Source of the DNA: Candidatus Methylomirabilota bacterium
GTDB lineage: Bacteria > Methylomirabilota > Methylomirabilia > Rokubacteriales > CSP1-6
Reading direction: 5' to 3'
Assembly (NCBI GenBank): GCA_046726415.1
Contig: JBKPAK010000271.1
Span: forward strand, 1-18,254
DNA length: 18,254 nucleotides
In this document: in pieces, positions 1 to 8,466 of the stretch
Layout of the letters: every line of letters starts with the position of its first letter
Position numbering within the stretch: position 1 is the stretch's first letter
The notes under the pieces: generated by a model
Seen by the model: the letters and a program-made list of their open reading frames with translations, nothing else
Database searches by the model: none
What the model was told of the DNA's origin: nothing
Translations under genes and position numbers: made by a program

Positions 1-1
1 A

Positions 2-3000
2 CCCATCAATGAAGTGGCCGCGTCAATCGTTCAGCGGGGAGACTTCCGAGCGGCCGTGGCGGCCAACCGGCCCTGGATCTCCGACGCCATCGTCGACGCG
101 CGCGCGCAGCCCACCATCCTCATTGCCGTGCCCGCCGGCCGCGACGGGGCGCCGGGTCCGGTTCTCGTCGCCGCGGTTCGCACCGAGGCCCTGGCCATGG
201 TGCTCGCCCAGCATCGCCTGCCCGAAGGGGCTTCTGCATACGTCCTCGACCGTCAGAACGCCGTCGTGGTGCGGCTGCCAGGGGAGGGGCCGGACCAGGC
301 GACGCCGCTGCATGAGGGTCTCATGCGCAACCAGCAACGCGCATGGGATGGCTTCGCGAGGCTTCCCTCGGCAGCCGGCCAGTCGGTGTACGCAGCCTTC
401 ACCCGATCGCCGACGTCGAACTGGACGGTCACGCTCGTCGTTCCCGAAGCCGCCTTCAACGCGCCGTGGCGGCGGTGGCTGTGGACGGTCGTCGGAGGCG
501 GTCTCCTCCTGCTTCTCCTGGGAGTCGGCTTGGCCTCGCTGGTGGCTCGGCGCATCGCCCGCGCGATCGTGGCTCTGTCGGCGGCCGCCCGCGCCTTGGG
601 GCGAGGCGAAGTGCCGCGTGCCGATGCCTTCGGGATCGCTGAGGTCGACGAGGTGGGGCAGGCGATCGCCGAGGCGGCGGTGGCCCGGCAGCGGGCCGAG
701 GAAGCGCTTCGCCGGAGCGAGGCCTGGCTTCACACGACCCTTCGGGGTATCGGCGACGCCGTGCTGGCCACCGATACGAACGGTCGCGTCACCTTCATGA
801 ATCCCGTGGCCGAGTCGATGACCGGCTGGACGCTCCACGAGGCGGCGGGACAACCGCTCGATCGGATCTTCGTCATTTCGAACGAGGCGACACGAGAGCG
901 CGAGGAAACTCCAGTGGCGAAGGTCCTCCGGGAGGGCGCGGTGGTCGGGTTGGGCAGTCACGCGATCCTCACGAGCCGGGAGGGCACGGAGACGCCGATC
1001 GATGACAGCGCGGCGCCCATCCGCGACGAGGCCGGACGCGCGATCGGCGTGGTGCTGGTCTTCCGGGACGTCACCGAGCGACGGCACACCGAGCACATGC
1101 TGCGCACGAGCGAGGCGCGCTATCGGGCTATCGTCGAGGATCAGACCGAGCTGGTGTGTCGCTTCTCCCCGAGCGGACGTCTCACCTTTGTCAACGAGGC
1201 GTGCGAGCGCTATTTTGGGCGCCCACGAGATGCTCTGCAGGGGGAGAGCTTCATCGCCTTGCTCCATCCCGAGGATCGCGAACGCGTGGCGAAGAACCTC
1301 GCGCTCCTCGGGCCGAGCCAGGTGACGGTGAATATCGAGAGCCGGATCGTCGGAAGGGATGGTCAGATCGGCTGGACGCAGTGGACCACCCACGCGATCG
1401 TCGAGGGCGACGGGCCGGTGATGGAAGTGCAGGCGGTAGGGCGAGACATCACCGGCCGGAAGATGGTCGAGCAGGCGCTGGCGCGCATCACCGAGGATCT
1501 CGCCGGGCGCGCGCGCCGGCAGGCCGCCGTCGCCCAGCTCGGACAACGTGCGCTAGCCGGCACGGATCTGGCCACCCTCCAGGAGGAAGCAGCGAAGCTC
1601 CTGTGCGGGGCCCTCGGGGCGGAGTTTTGCCGCGTGCTCGAGCTATCCGGAGACGGTCAGCGCCTGGAGATCCGCGCCAAGGTCGGATGGCCAGTAGGAT
1701 CGCCGCTCGTCGTCCCGGCAACGGGCTCCGAAGCGGAGCAGGCGCTCTCGAACTTGGAACCGGTCATCATCGAGGATCTCGAGGCCGACCAGCGCTTTCG
1801 CGGCGACCCGCTGCTGCGGCGCGCGGGCATCGTCAGCGGGATGAGCGTGATGATCCTCGGCCACCCGCGGCCGTACGGCCTTCTGAGCGTGCACACGACG
1901 AATCGCCGGACCTTCACCCCGGACGATGTCAACTTCCTGCACAGCGTGGCGAACGTCCTGGCCACCGCGATCGCCCGGGCGCGGGCGGAGACGGAGCGGG
2001 CCGAGCTGTTGCGGCGCGCCCAAGAGGCGCAAGTCTCCGCCGAACAGGCAAACCGCGCCAAGGACGAATTCCTGGCCATGCTGGGGCACGAGCTGCGCAA
2101 CCCGCTGGCCGCGATCGTCAACGCTGGCCGCGTCCTCGAGCAGACCCGGACGGAAGACGACCGCACAATCCAGCTCGGGTCGATCATCGCGCGGCAGAGC
2201 GGCCACCTCTCGCGCATGGTCGACGACCTCCTGGATGTTTCGCGCCTGGGCTCCGGCAAGATCGCGCTGCGGCGGGAACCGGTGGACTTGAAGGACGTGG
2301 TCGAACGCTCGGTCGGGTCATTTCGGGACGCCGGGCGAATCGAGCGGCACCACCTCGCGGTCGAGGCCGAGTCCGTACCCGTCTTCGGAGATCCCACGCG
2401 GCTCGAGCAGATCGTGTGGAACCTGCTCGACAATGCCCTCAAGTACACGCCGCCGGGAGGCCGCATCGTCGTTGCCGTCAGCCGCGATCGCAACACCGCG
2501 CTTCTGCGCGTGCGCGACACGGGCGTCGGGATTCATCCTGACATCCTGACCCACGTCTTCGACCTTTTCGTGCAAGCTCGGCCCTCGCTCGACCGGGCCC
2601 AAGGCGGGCTCGGACTCGGTCTCACGCTCGTGAGACGTCTGGTGGAGCTCCACGGCGGCGCCGTCTCCGCCTTCAGTGACGGACCGGGGCAGGGCAGCGA
2701 ATTCGTCGTCCGCCTGCCCGCGACAGTGGCGACGACGCCCGCCGCGCTCGTGCCCCCGGCGCCCACGGTGCGGGAGCGCCGCCGCGTGCTGCTGGTGGAA
2801 GACAATCCCGATACCCGCGAGGCGCTCGCCATTCTGCTGGAGAGCTGGGGACATCAGGTCGAGCAGGTCGGTGACGGTGCGAGCGCGGCAGCCGCCGTAG
2901 CCGCGGCACCTCCGGAGTTCGCGTTGGTCGACGTCGGTCTGCCCGACATGGATGGCTATGTCGTGGCGCAGCGGCTGCGCGCCATTCCGGCAAGCGCCGA

Positions 3001-3154
3001 CATCGTCCTGGTGGCCCTTACCGGCTACAGCCGCGAGGACGATCGGCGTCGGGCTCGCGAGGCCGGATTCGATGCGTACCTCGTGAAGCCCGTCGACCCC
3101 GACGCTCTGATGCGAATCCTCGACGGCAACTCCCCGCCCGCGCGCGACCTGTAG
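2..3154 (+). CDS. Membrane-bound hybrid sensor histidine kinase (TM-HAMP-PAS-PAS-GAF-HisKA-HATPase-REC), 5' end outside window
   Basis: The frame is open from base 2. It shows a TM segment WLWTVVGGGLLLLLLGVGLASLVA, a HAMP-like region, two PAS/PAC units ending RDVTER and RDITGR, and a GAF region (GIVSGMSVMI...FTPDDVNFL). Kinase motifs are H-box FLAMLGHELRNPL, N-box NLLDNALKY, G1 DTGVGI and G2 GGLGLGL. The C-terminal receiver reads LLVEDN / LVDVGLPDMDG / LVKP. No HPt domain seen. Confidence 0.95.
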   Translation, partial: PINEVAASIVQRGDFRAAVAANRPWISDAIVDARAQPTILIAVPAGRDGAPGPVLVAAVRTEALAMVLAQHRLPEGASAYVLDRQNAVVVRLPGEGPDQATPLHEGLMRNQQRAWDGFARLPSAAGQSVYAAFTRSPTSNWTVTLVVPEAAFNAPWRRWLWTVVGGGLLLLLLGVGLASLVARRIARAIVALSAAARALGRGEVPRADAFGIAEVDEVGQAIAEAAVARQRAEEALRRSEAWLHTTLRGIGDAVLATDTNGRVTFMNPVAESMTGWTLHEAAGQPLDRIFVISNEATREREETPVAKVLREGAVVGLGSHAILTSREGTETPIDDSAAPIRDEAGRAIGVVLVFRDVTERRHTEHMLRTSEARYRAIVEDQTELVCRFSPSGRLTFVNEACERYFGRPRDALQGESFIALLHPEDRERVAKNLALLGPSQVTVNIESRIVGRDGQIGWTQWTTHAIVEGDGPVMEVQAVGRDITGRKMVEQALARITEDLAGRARRQAAVAQLGQRALAGTDLATLQEEAAKLLCGALGAEFCRVLELSGDGQRLEIRAKVGWPVGSPLVVPATGSEAEQALSNLEPVIIEDLEADQRFRGDPLLRRAGIVSGMSVMILGHPRPYGLLSVHTTNRRTFTPDDVNFLHSVANVLATAIARARAETERAELLRRAQEAQVSAEQANRAKDEFLAMLGHELRNPLAAIVNAGRVLEQTRTEDDRTIQLGSIIARQSGHLSRMVDDLLDVSRLGSGKIALRREPVDLKDVVERSVGSFRDAGRIERHHLAVEAESVPVFGDPTRLEQIVWNLLDNALKYTPPGGRIVVAVSRDRNTALLRVRDTGVGIHPDILTHVFDLFVQARPSLDRAQGGLGLGLTLVRRLVELHGGAVSAFSDGPGQGSEFVVRLPATVATTPAALVPPAPTVRERRRVLLVEDNPDTREALAILLESWGHQVEQVGDGASAAAAVAAAPPEFALVDVGLPDMDGYVVAQRLRAIPASADIVLVALTGYSREDDRRRAREAGFDAYLVKPVDPDALMRILDGNSPPARDL

Positions 3155-3214
3155 GTCCGCACGGTGCGGCGCGAAGCGCCCGACTCTTCCGCCCAACCTC
3201 TCTCGGCGTTCCAT

Positions 3215-3231
3215 CCGGCAAGCGAGTTGCA
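3215..3231 (+). promoter_or_regulatory. Putative sigma54 -24/-12 promoter for the two microprotein genes
   Basis: CCGGCAAGCGAGTTGCA: GG(3217-18)-N10-GC(3229-30) with GGCA and TTGCA. Intergenic and oriented toward the genes at 3307 and 3519. Confidence 0.7.
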
Positions 3232-3306
3232 CTCCCTCAATCCTGAGGGCATGCCGGGCCTGTGCGACGAGCGGGGGATGTGTGCAGAACGTCACGAGGA
3301 GGGGGT

Positions 3307-3461
3307 ACGCTGAGCATCGTATTGCTCGTCATCTTGGTGCTTCTGTTGATTGGAGCCCTACCCTCATGGCCTTACAGCTCTGGCTGGGTTACGCGCCGAG
3401 CGGCGTCATCGGCGTGGTGCTGGTGGTCATCGTCATCTCGGCCCTGACAGGGCGCTTGTGA
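3307..3461 (+). pseudogene. DUF3309-family small membrane protein, frameshifted and with ACG in place of a start codon
   Basis: After the strong RBS GAGGAGGGGG, ACG-CTG-AGC reads (M)LSIVLLVILVLLLIGALPSWPYSSGW. The family continuation GYAPSGVIGVVLVVIVISALTGRL* lies in the -1 frame from 3387 to TGA 3459-3461, i.e. one G is missing at TGGG (3385-3388). Could be an assembly error. Confidence 0.75.
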
Positions 3462-3518
3462 TCGCCGCGCTCAAGCGGCACCACCGGGATGGACAGATCC
3501 ACTGAGAAGGAGGCCCCG

Positions 3519-3668
3519 ATGCTGTGGACGATCTTCGTGATCCTGCTGGTCTTGTGGGCGCTCGGGATGGTCAGCTCGTACACCTTGGGCGGGTTCATCC
3601 ACATTTTGCTGCTCATCGCATTGGCCGTCGTGCTGATCCGGATCATTCAAGGCCGACGACCCATATAA
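3519..3668 (+). CDS. lmo0937-family small membrane protein (49 aa), missed by the ORF track
   Basis: RBS AAGGAGG then ATG 3519. Translation MLWTIFVILLVLWALGMVSSYTLGGFIHILLLIALAVVLIRIIQGRRPI* has two hydrophobic helices and the GGxIHILL signature. Confidence 0.9.
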   Translation: MLWTIFVILLVLWALGMVSSYTLGGFIHILLLIALAVVLIRIIQGRRPI

Positions 3669-3688
3669 GGCCGGGGCTGGTCGTTTCT

Positions 3689-3883
3689 TCAAAGTGGACG
3701 GCTGGGCCCCTTCGCGCAGCTCGGGCAGACCTCTCGTTCCGCATCGTACGCGATGCCGTGCAGGGGACAGTTGACGATCGCCAAATTGGGGACGGATGGG
3801 CGCGTTGGCCCCCGTCCCCATACCCGCAGGAGCAGCCAGCCAATGGCCACCGACACCACCACGCCAAGGATTCGCCGGCTCAT
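3689..3883 (-). CDS. Hypothetical 64-aa membrane-anchored protein with CxxH...CxxC metal-binding motif
   Basis: N-terminal TM segment ILGVVVSVAIGWLLL, then CPLH-x10-CPSC. Starts 12 nt after the stop of the upstream minus-strand gene. Confidence 0.65.
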   Translation of the reverse strand: MSRRILGVVVSVAIGWLLLRVWGRGPTRPSVPNLAIVNCPLHGIAYDAEREVCPSCAKGPSRPL

Positions 3884-3895
3884 GGCGATGGCGGG

Positions 3896-4174
3896 TTAGC
3901 GCGGGAGCGGCGGAGGAGGCGCAATCGTCCCAGGCTGTGTTCTCGCCGACAGCCATACCCAGAAGTAGGGACTGGCGGCCGTCCCATCGCCCCGCAGCTC
4001 GTAGCGGCCTTCCGGATACGTCACGGTGCGCTGGGCGGGCGGGGTGACGATGACCGCCGCTGGAGGACTGGACGAGGGCACGACGGTCTCCGTCTTCGAT
4101 CGATAAATGCACCCGGCCGTCGTCGCCATAGGGGCGAGCGGGGCAACACCGAGGTAACGCTGTCGAGTCTTCAT
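3896..4174 (-). CDS. Hypothetical 92-aa proline-rich putative lipoprotein
   Basis: RBS GAGAGAGGA before ATG 4174. MKTRQRYLGVAPLAPMATTAGC has a lipobox-like TAGC, followed by a core TYPEGRYELRGDGTAASPYFWVW and a PPPPLPR tail. Only the last 92 aa of the 380-aa ORF-track frame look real. Confidence 0.7.
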   Translation of the reverse strand: MKTRQRYLGVAPLAPMATTAGCIYRSKTETVVPSSSPPAAVIVTPPAQRTVTYPEGRYELRGDGTAASPYFWVWLSARTQPGTIAPPPPLPR

Positions 4175-4214
4175 GGCGTCCTCTCTCGTGGCTTCTCCGG
4201 TCACCCGAGTGTCG

Positions 4215-4231
4215 AGCAACGGCTGTGCCGG
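4215..4231 (-). promoter_or_regulatory. Putative sigma54 -24/-12 promoter for the lipoprotein/zinc-microprotein pair
   Basis: The minus strand reads CCGGCACAGCCGTTGCT, a close match to TGGCAC-N5-TTGCW. Predicted +1 near 4204, about 30 nt before the ATG. Confidence 0.8.
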
Positions 4232-4244
4232 CAGAGCCGCCTCG

Positions 4245-4261
4245 CGGGCAACGCCTTTGCT
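4245..4261 (+). promoter_or_regulatory. Putative sigma54 -24/-12 promoter for the SRPBCC-dehydrogenase operon
   Basis: CGGGCAACGCCTTTGCT: GG(4247-48)-N10-GC(4259-60) with TTTGCT. Confidence 0.7.
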
Positions 4262-4414
4262 CTCGTCATGACACACCGTACTGAGGCCTTGGATGCTGCA
4301 GTTCGCCGGAGCCATGGCCGGCGTCGGCGGGTGGAGCGCTCGCGAGGTCGGTTGATCTGCATGGCCAGACCGGAGCTCAGGCGGGCTGGAACGCGGGAAG
4401 AGGAAGTCGGGAGT

Positions 4415-5152
4415 ATGGCCATCAGGGTGAACGTCAGTGACACCGAGCGTGCTTTGACGCTGATCGTCAGCGGAAGCTTGCTCGCCAGTGCCCTGGCCCG
4501 GGCGTCCTCTCGGTCCTCGTGGGGGCTGGGACTCATCGCCGGTGCTCTGGCCTACCGGTCCCTCCGCGGTCAGTGTCCCCTCTACCGCGCTCTGGGCTTG
4601 CGGACCGCGGCGGAGTCCGGCGGGCAAGGCGGAGTGGCCACAGCGCCGTCGGCGTTGTTGGTCGAGAAGAGCACCACCATCAGACGGCCGCGCGATGAGG
4701 TCTATCGGTTCTGCCGCACGCTCGACAATCTGCCACTCTTCATGACCCACGTGCAGGCCGTGAAGACGGCGCCCGATGGGACATCGCATTGGACGGTGCA
4801 GGGGCCAGCCGGGATCACTCTCGAGTGGGACGCCGAGGTGACGGCCGACACTCCGGGCGAGGTCATCGCCTGGTCGACGCGGGCGGACTCCGACGTCCGC
4901 CATGAAGGCACGGTGCGCTTCGCCCCGGCGCCCGGCGCGCGCGGCACCGAGATCCGCGTCCAACTGCGCTATGAATGCATGGGTGGCAAGCTCGCCGCCC
5001 TCGTGGCCACGTTGATGGGCGAGGAGCCGTCCCAGCAAGTGGAGAGCGATCTGCGGCGCCTGAAGCAGATCCTCGAAGCCGGCGAAGTGGCCACCGGAAC
5101 ACGGAGGCGGGGCATGAACGACATGGCCCCACGAGCATGGAGGTGGACATGA
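4415..5152 (+). CDS. DUF2892 + SRPBCC (cyclase/dehydrase, START-fold) family protein
   Basis: N-terminal NVSDTER...[10 protein letters not shown] is DUF2892/YgaP-like. It is followed by SRPBCC-type [45 protein letters not shown] and [14 protein letters not shown]. Start 4415 has a purine-rich RBS; an alternative in-frame ATG lies at 4361. Confidence 0.9.
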   Translation: MAIRVNVSDTERALTLIVSGSLLASALARASSRSSWGLGLIAGALAYRSLRGQCPLYRALGLRTAAESGGQGGVATAPSALLVEKSTTIRRPRDEVYRFCRTLDNLPLFMTHVQAVKTAPDGTSHWTVQGPAGITLEWDAEVTADTPGEVIAWSTRADSDVRHEGTVRFAPAPGARGTEIRVQLRYECMGGKLAALVATLMGEEPSQQVESDLRRLKQILEAGEVATGTRRRGMNDMAPRAWRWT

Positions 5153-6318
5153 GAGCGGTGTGCTGGTACGGCGCTTCGGATGTGCGCGTGGAGACGGTAG
5201 CCGATCCGGAGATCGTGAACCCGCGCGACGCCATCATCCGCACGACGCGCACGGCCATCTGCGGCTCGGACCTTCACCTCTACAACGGCTACATCCCCAC
5301 CATGAAGCGCGGCGACATTCTTGGCCACGAGTTCATGGGCGAGGTGGTCGAGGTGGGCCCCGAGGTCCGGATCCTGGAGCAGGGCGACCGCGTCGTTGTT
5401 CCCTTCGCCATCGCATGCGGTGCCTGTCAGTACTGCGCGGAGGGTCTCTGGTCCCTCTGCGACAACTCCAACCCCAATGCCGCTACCCTGGAGACCCTGT
5501 ACGGCTTCGCGGGCAGCGGGCTGTTCGGGTACTCGCACCTCTACGGGGGATACGCGGGCGGGCAGGCCGAATACGTCCGCGTGCCGTTTGCCGACGTCGG
5601 TCCGCTCCCCGTTCCCGCGGACCTGTCGGACGAGCAGGTTCTGTTTCTGAGCGACGTGTTGCCGACGGGGTACATGGCGGCCGAGAATTGCCGCATCGAG
5701 CCCGGAGATGTGGTCGCGGTGTGGGGGTGCGGCCCCGTCGGTCTCTTTGCCATCCGCAGCGCCTGGATGCTGGGGGCCGAGCGGGTGTTCGCCATCGATC
5801 GCTTCCCGGAGCGCCTCGCCCTTGCCGAAACGTTCGGCAAGGCGGAGACGCTCAACTACGAAGCCCTCGATCTCATCGAGGAACTGAAGGTGCGCAGCGG
5901 CGGCCGGGGTCCGGACGCCTGCATCGACGCGGTCGGGCTGGAGGCGCACGGGACGACGGTCGATGCCTTTGTGGACCGGGCCAAGCACGCCGTGCGGCTG
6001 GCCACCGATCGCCCTCACGCCCTTCGCCAGGCCATTCAAGCGTGCCGCAAGGGAGGGACCGTGTCCATCACCGGAGTCTACGGAGGCTTTCTCGACAAGG
6101 TGCCGCTCGGCGCCGCCTTCGCCAAAGGGCTCACCCTGACCATGGGGCAAACGCACGTGCACCGGTACATGCGTCCCCTCCTGGAACGGATCGCCCGCGG
6201 AGACATCGATCCGTCGATGATCATCACCCACCGCCTGTCCTTGGAGGATGCGCCGCGCGGCTACGAGATGTTCCGGGACAAGCGCGAGGGGTGCGTGAAG
6301 GTCGTTCTCACGGCCTGA
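5149..6318 (+). CDS. Zinc-dependent alcohol dehydrogenase (MDR family, formaldehyde dehydrogenase-like/YbdR-like)
   Basis: RBS GGAGG and ATGA overlap with the upstream stop. Motifs [15 protein letters not shown], structural Zn CxxCxxC...C, LSDVLPTG and Rossmann GCGPVG. Confidence 0.95.
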   Translation: MRAVCWYGASDVRVETVADPEIVNPRDAIIRTTRTAICGSDLHLYNGYIPTMKRGDILGHEFMGEVVEVGPEVRILEQGDRVVVPFAIACGACQYCAEGLWSLCDNSNPNAATLETLYGFAGSGLFGYSHLYGGYAGGQAEYVRVPFADVGPLPVPADLSDEQVLFLSDVLPTGYMAAENCRIEPGDVVAVWGCGPVGLFAIRSAWMLGAERVFAIDRFPERLALAETFGKAETLNYEALDLIEELKVRSGGRGPDACIDAVGLEAHGTTVDAFVDRAKHAVRLATDRPHALRQAIQACRKGGTVSITGVYGGFLDKVPLGAAFAKGLTLTMGQTHVHRYMRPLLERIARGDIDPSMIITHRLSLEDAPRGYEMFRDKREGCVKVVLTA

Positions 6319-7009
6319 GCGAATGGCGCCTCGGGTGTCGCGGCCTTCGGCGGAGCACCCAGGCGACCCTTTGCAGGTCCTGGACGAAGCGCTGCATCTC
6401 CTCGCGCCGGGCGGCCTCGTCAGGGCTGCGGAGCACCGCCGACGGGTGCACGGTGGCCATCACACGCGGCGCGAGCGACGAGGAGACAAAGCGTCCCTGC
6501 TGTTCGCGGACGCGGAAATCGCGGCCGAGCAATCCCTGCGCAGCGGTCGCTCCGAGGCACACGATCACCTCGGGGCTGATGCGGGCGATCTCGGCGCCCA
6601 CCCAGGGAAGGCAGGCAGCGACCTCCCGCCCGTTCGGCTTGGCGTGAATTCGCCGCTTTCCCCGGGGCTCCCACTTGAAGTGCTTCACGATATTGGTGAC
6701 GTAGACGTCCGAGCGGTCGATCCCCGCGGCCACCAGGGCCCGATCGAGCAGGCGCCCGGCCGGGCCCACGAACGGCTCTCCGGCGAGGTCCTCCTCGTGG
6801 CCAGGCTGTTCGCCCACGAACACGACGCGCGCCGTGGCGGGCCCACGTCCGAAGACGGTCTGGGTCGCCCTCCGGTACAGGTCGCAGGCCGTGCATCCGG
6901 CGGCGAGACGCCTCAGGGCGGCCAGGCCGAGGTGTGCCGGGATCCGAAGCACCGCGGGGGCCAGCGGGCCCGATGCGCGGCGAGTCACTCTGCCTGGAGC
7001 TCTGGCCAT
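6308..7009 (-). CDS. udgX: UdgX-family uracil-DNA binding protein (family 4 UDG with R-loop)
   Basis: Fe-S ligands CTACDL and AACLPW, motif A GEQPG, VKHFKW, the diagnostic KRRIH loop and motif B HPSAVLR. Confidence 0.93.
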   Translation of the reverse strand: MARAPGRVTRRASGPLAPAVLRIPAHLGLAALRRLAAGCTACDLYRRATQTVFGRGPATARVVFVGEQPGHEEDLAGEPFVGPAGRLLDRALVAAGIDRSDVYVTNIVKHFKWEPRGKRRIHAKPNGREVAACLPWVGAEIARISPEVIVCLGATAAQGLLGRDFRVREQQGRFVSSSLAPRVMATVHPSAVLRSPDEAARREEMQRFVQDLQRVAWVLRRRPRHPRRHSLRP

Positions 7010-7554
7010 CAGCCCCGGGCGGCGCTTGCGATGGCGCCGCAGGCGATGCGGCTACCGCTGTTCCCCGCCGGAACACTGCGCATGTCGTCCGGCGCAGCGT
7101 GAATGATGAGGGCGCTGCCGTCGGCGTCGAAGAGGGAGGCCGGCCCCTGGCGCAGCGTGATCTGGTTGGTGGTGACGTCGAGGCGGCCCTGTCCACTCGC
7201 GTCGATGCTGATGTTCGGCAGGTCGCCGCCATGCGGTCCTCGAGGATTTGCCAGACCGTGCTCCTTGCCCGTCGGATTGAAGTGGGCCTTGGCCGAGTCG
7301 AACGACGGCGCCTCGCAGTGTCCTACTTCGTGGATATGCACCGCCTTGTCACCCGGGGGCAGCCCCGCGACGTCGACGATGACCCGAACTCCGTCGCGGG
7401 TTTCCGAGAGAGTGGCTTTTCCCACTGTGCGACCGCTCCCATCCACGAGGTGCGCCGTGGAAGACGCGGTGCTGGCGGTATCGGGGGTCGGTGAGGTCGG
7501 CCCACTGCATCCGAACGAGACGGCGACGAGCCCGAGTATTGCCAGTGTCTTCAT
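7009..7554 (-). CDS. sodC: Cu/Zn superoxide dismutase family lipoprotein
   Basis: RBS GGAGGA before ATG 7554 and signal/lipobox MKTLAILGLVAVSFGC. All expected metal ligands are present (VHIHE, AHFNP, EHG, PHGGDL, IIHA), plus GSRIACG. The stop overlaps the udgX start (TGATG). Confidence 0.93.
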   Translation of the reverse strand: MKTLAILGLVAVSFGCSGPTSPTPDTASTASSTAHLVDGSGRTVGKATLSETRDGVRVIVDVAGLPPGDKAVHIHEVGHCEAPSFDSAKAHFNPTGKEHGLANPRGPHGGDLPNISIDASGQGRLDVTTNQITLRQGPASLFDADGSALIIHAAPDDMRSVPAGNSGSRIACGAIASAARG

Positions 7555-7608
7555 GCTTCCTCCGGGGCGATCTCGAAGGTTCCCCGACGAAGTCTCGGTG
7601 GGGGAGGC

Positions 7609-7625
7609 TGCAAGGCTCAGACCAC
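7609..7625 (-). promoter_or_regulatory. Putative sigma54 -24/-12 promoter for sodC-udgX
   Basis: The minus strand reads GTGGTCTGAGCCTTGCA: TGG-N10-GC with TTGCA. The -24 box deviates (GGTC instead of GGCA). Confidence 0.6.
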
Positions 7626-7695
7626 CGCGCTCGCGCCCTTCTGGCCTTCTATCTTTGTGCGATCTGCTGATTGATGCTGCCGCCCTGGCCAGTCG

Positions 7696-7712
7696 TTGGC
7701 GGTCTGCTTGCA
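7696..7712 (+). promoter_or_regulatory. Putative sigma54 -24/-12 promoter for the holin-like/DUF3618/DUF883 operon
   Basis: TTGGCGGTCTGCTTGCA: GG(7698-99)-N10-GC(7710-11). Predicted +1 near 7723, ATG at 7769. Confidence 0.72.
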
Positions 7713-7768
7713 ATCTCTGGATTAGCAGGCGAGCGGCGCCCGACGCGGCCGCGGTAGAGGATGGCACC

Positions 7769-8173
7769 ATGGCGGTCATTCAGAGAATCGATTTCGACAA
7801 GGAGGCCGATCGTGGGGGCCTCGGGATCCAGTTGGCGCGCCTCGCAAAACTGCATGCCGAGTTGGCTCTGGCCGAAGTGCGCGACCTGCTCGTCACGGCC
7901 GCGGTGGCCGTCGCGGTGGCCGTGCCCGCCGCTATCGCGATCGTGGCGGCGATCGTCGTGCTCATCGCAGCGGGCTTTGCGCCGCTCTTTGGAGCGCCGT
8001 GGGAGCACCTGGTGATCGCGGGCGGCGGTGTCTTGATCGTGTCATCTATAGCCATTGGCTGGAGCGTCTGGCGCCTGAGACACCTCAGGCTGCCTCGGGA
8101 GACGCTGAGAGCGCTGACGGAGAATTGGGAATGGCTCGTAGCTCAGGTGAGGTCCAGGCTGACATTGCGCTGA
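7769..8173 (+). CDS. Phage-holin-like family (YqjE/YhjD-type) two-TM membrane protein
   Basis: RBS AGAGGA. The pattern L..LHAELALAEVR is followed by two hydrophobic helices and a C-terminal PRETLRALTENWEWL, typical of this non-phage holin superfamily. Context includes a DUF883 gene. Confidence 0.8.
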   Translation: MAVIQRIDFDKEADRGGLGIQLARLAKLHAELALAEVRDLLVTAAVAVAVAVPAAIAIVAAIVVLIAAGFAPLFGAPWEHLVIAGGGVLIVSSIAIGWSVWRLRHLRLPRETLRALTENWEWLVAQVRSRLTLR

Positions 8174-8466
8174 CTCGAGAGGTCATCGAACGCGAGTTGG
8201 ACGCGCTCCATCGCCGCGTGCCCAAGCGCTGGTGGCTCTCCTACGCCTGGCTGGCTGGCGGCCTGGCGACGGGTGTGCTGCTGTCGCGCGCTCCACTGTT
8301 CGCTGTGGTGAGCCAGGGATTTCGGATGATCGAGTTCGGCGCCGCCCTGATGGGAACGGTGGCGATGCTCGAGCGCGCCCTTGCCGCGCGGCCGAAACCA
8401 CGCCCGGCAGGCTTTCTCGACGGCTATCATAAGACCACGAACCGCTTAGAAGGGGTGCCTCGATGA
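8131..8466 (+). CDS. DUF3618-like protein (YqjK-like position)
   Basis: MARSSGEVQADIALTREVIERELDALHRRV matches the DUF3618 amphipathic pattern and is followed by a TM segment. It overlaps the upstream gene by 43 nt and the downstream gene by ATGA. Confidence 0.72.
   Translation: MARSSGEVQADIALTREVIERELDALHRRVPKRWWLSYAWLAGGLATGVLLSRAPLFAVVSQGFRMIEFGAALMGTVAMLERALAARPKPRPAGFLDGYHKTTNRLEGVPR

Noticed and set aside
3524-4414. Long N-terminal extension of the 542-aa ORF as a fusion to SRPBCC
   Set aside because: It overlaps three better-supported small genes and two promoter motifs. Family similarity starts at about 4415.
7769-8173. Holin-like gene as evidence of a prophage
   Set aside because: There are no endolysin, structural or integrase genes. 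This family commonly occurs with DUF883 in stress operons.
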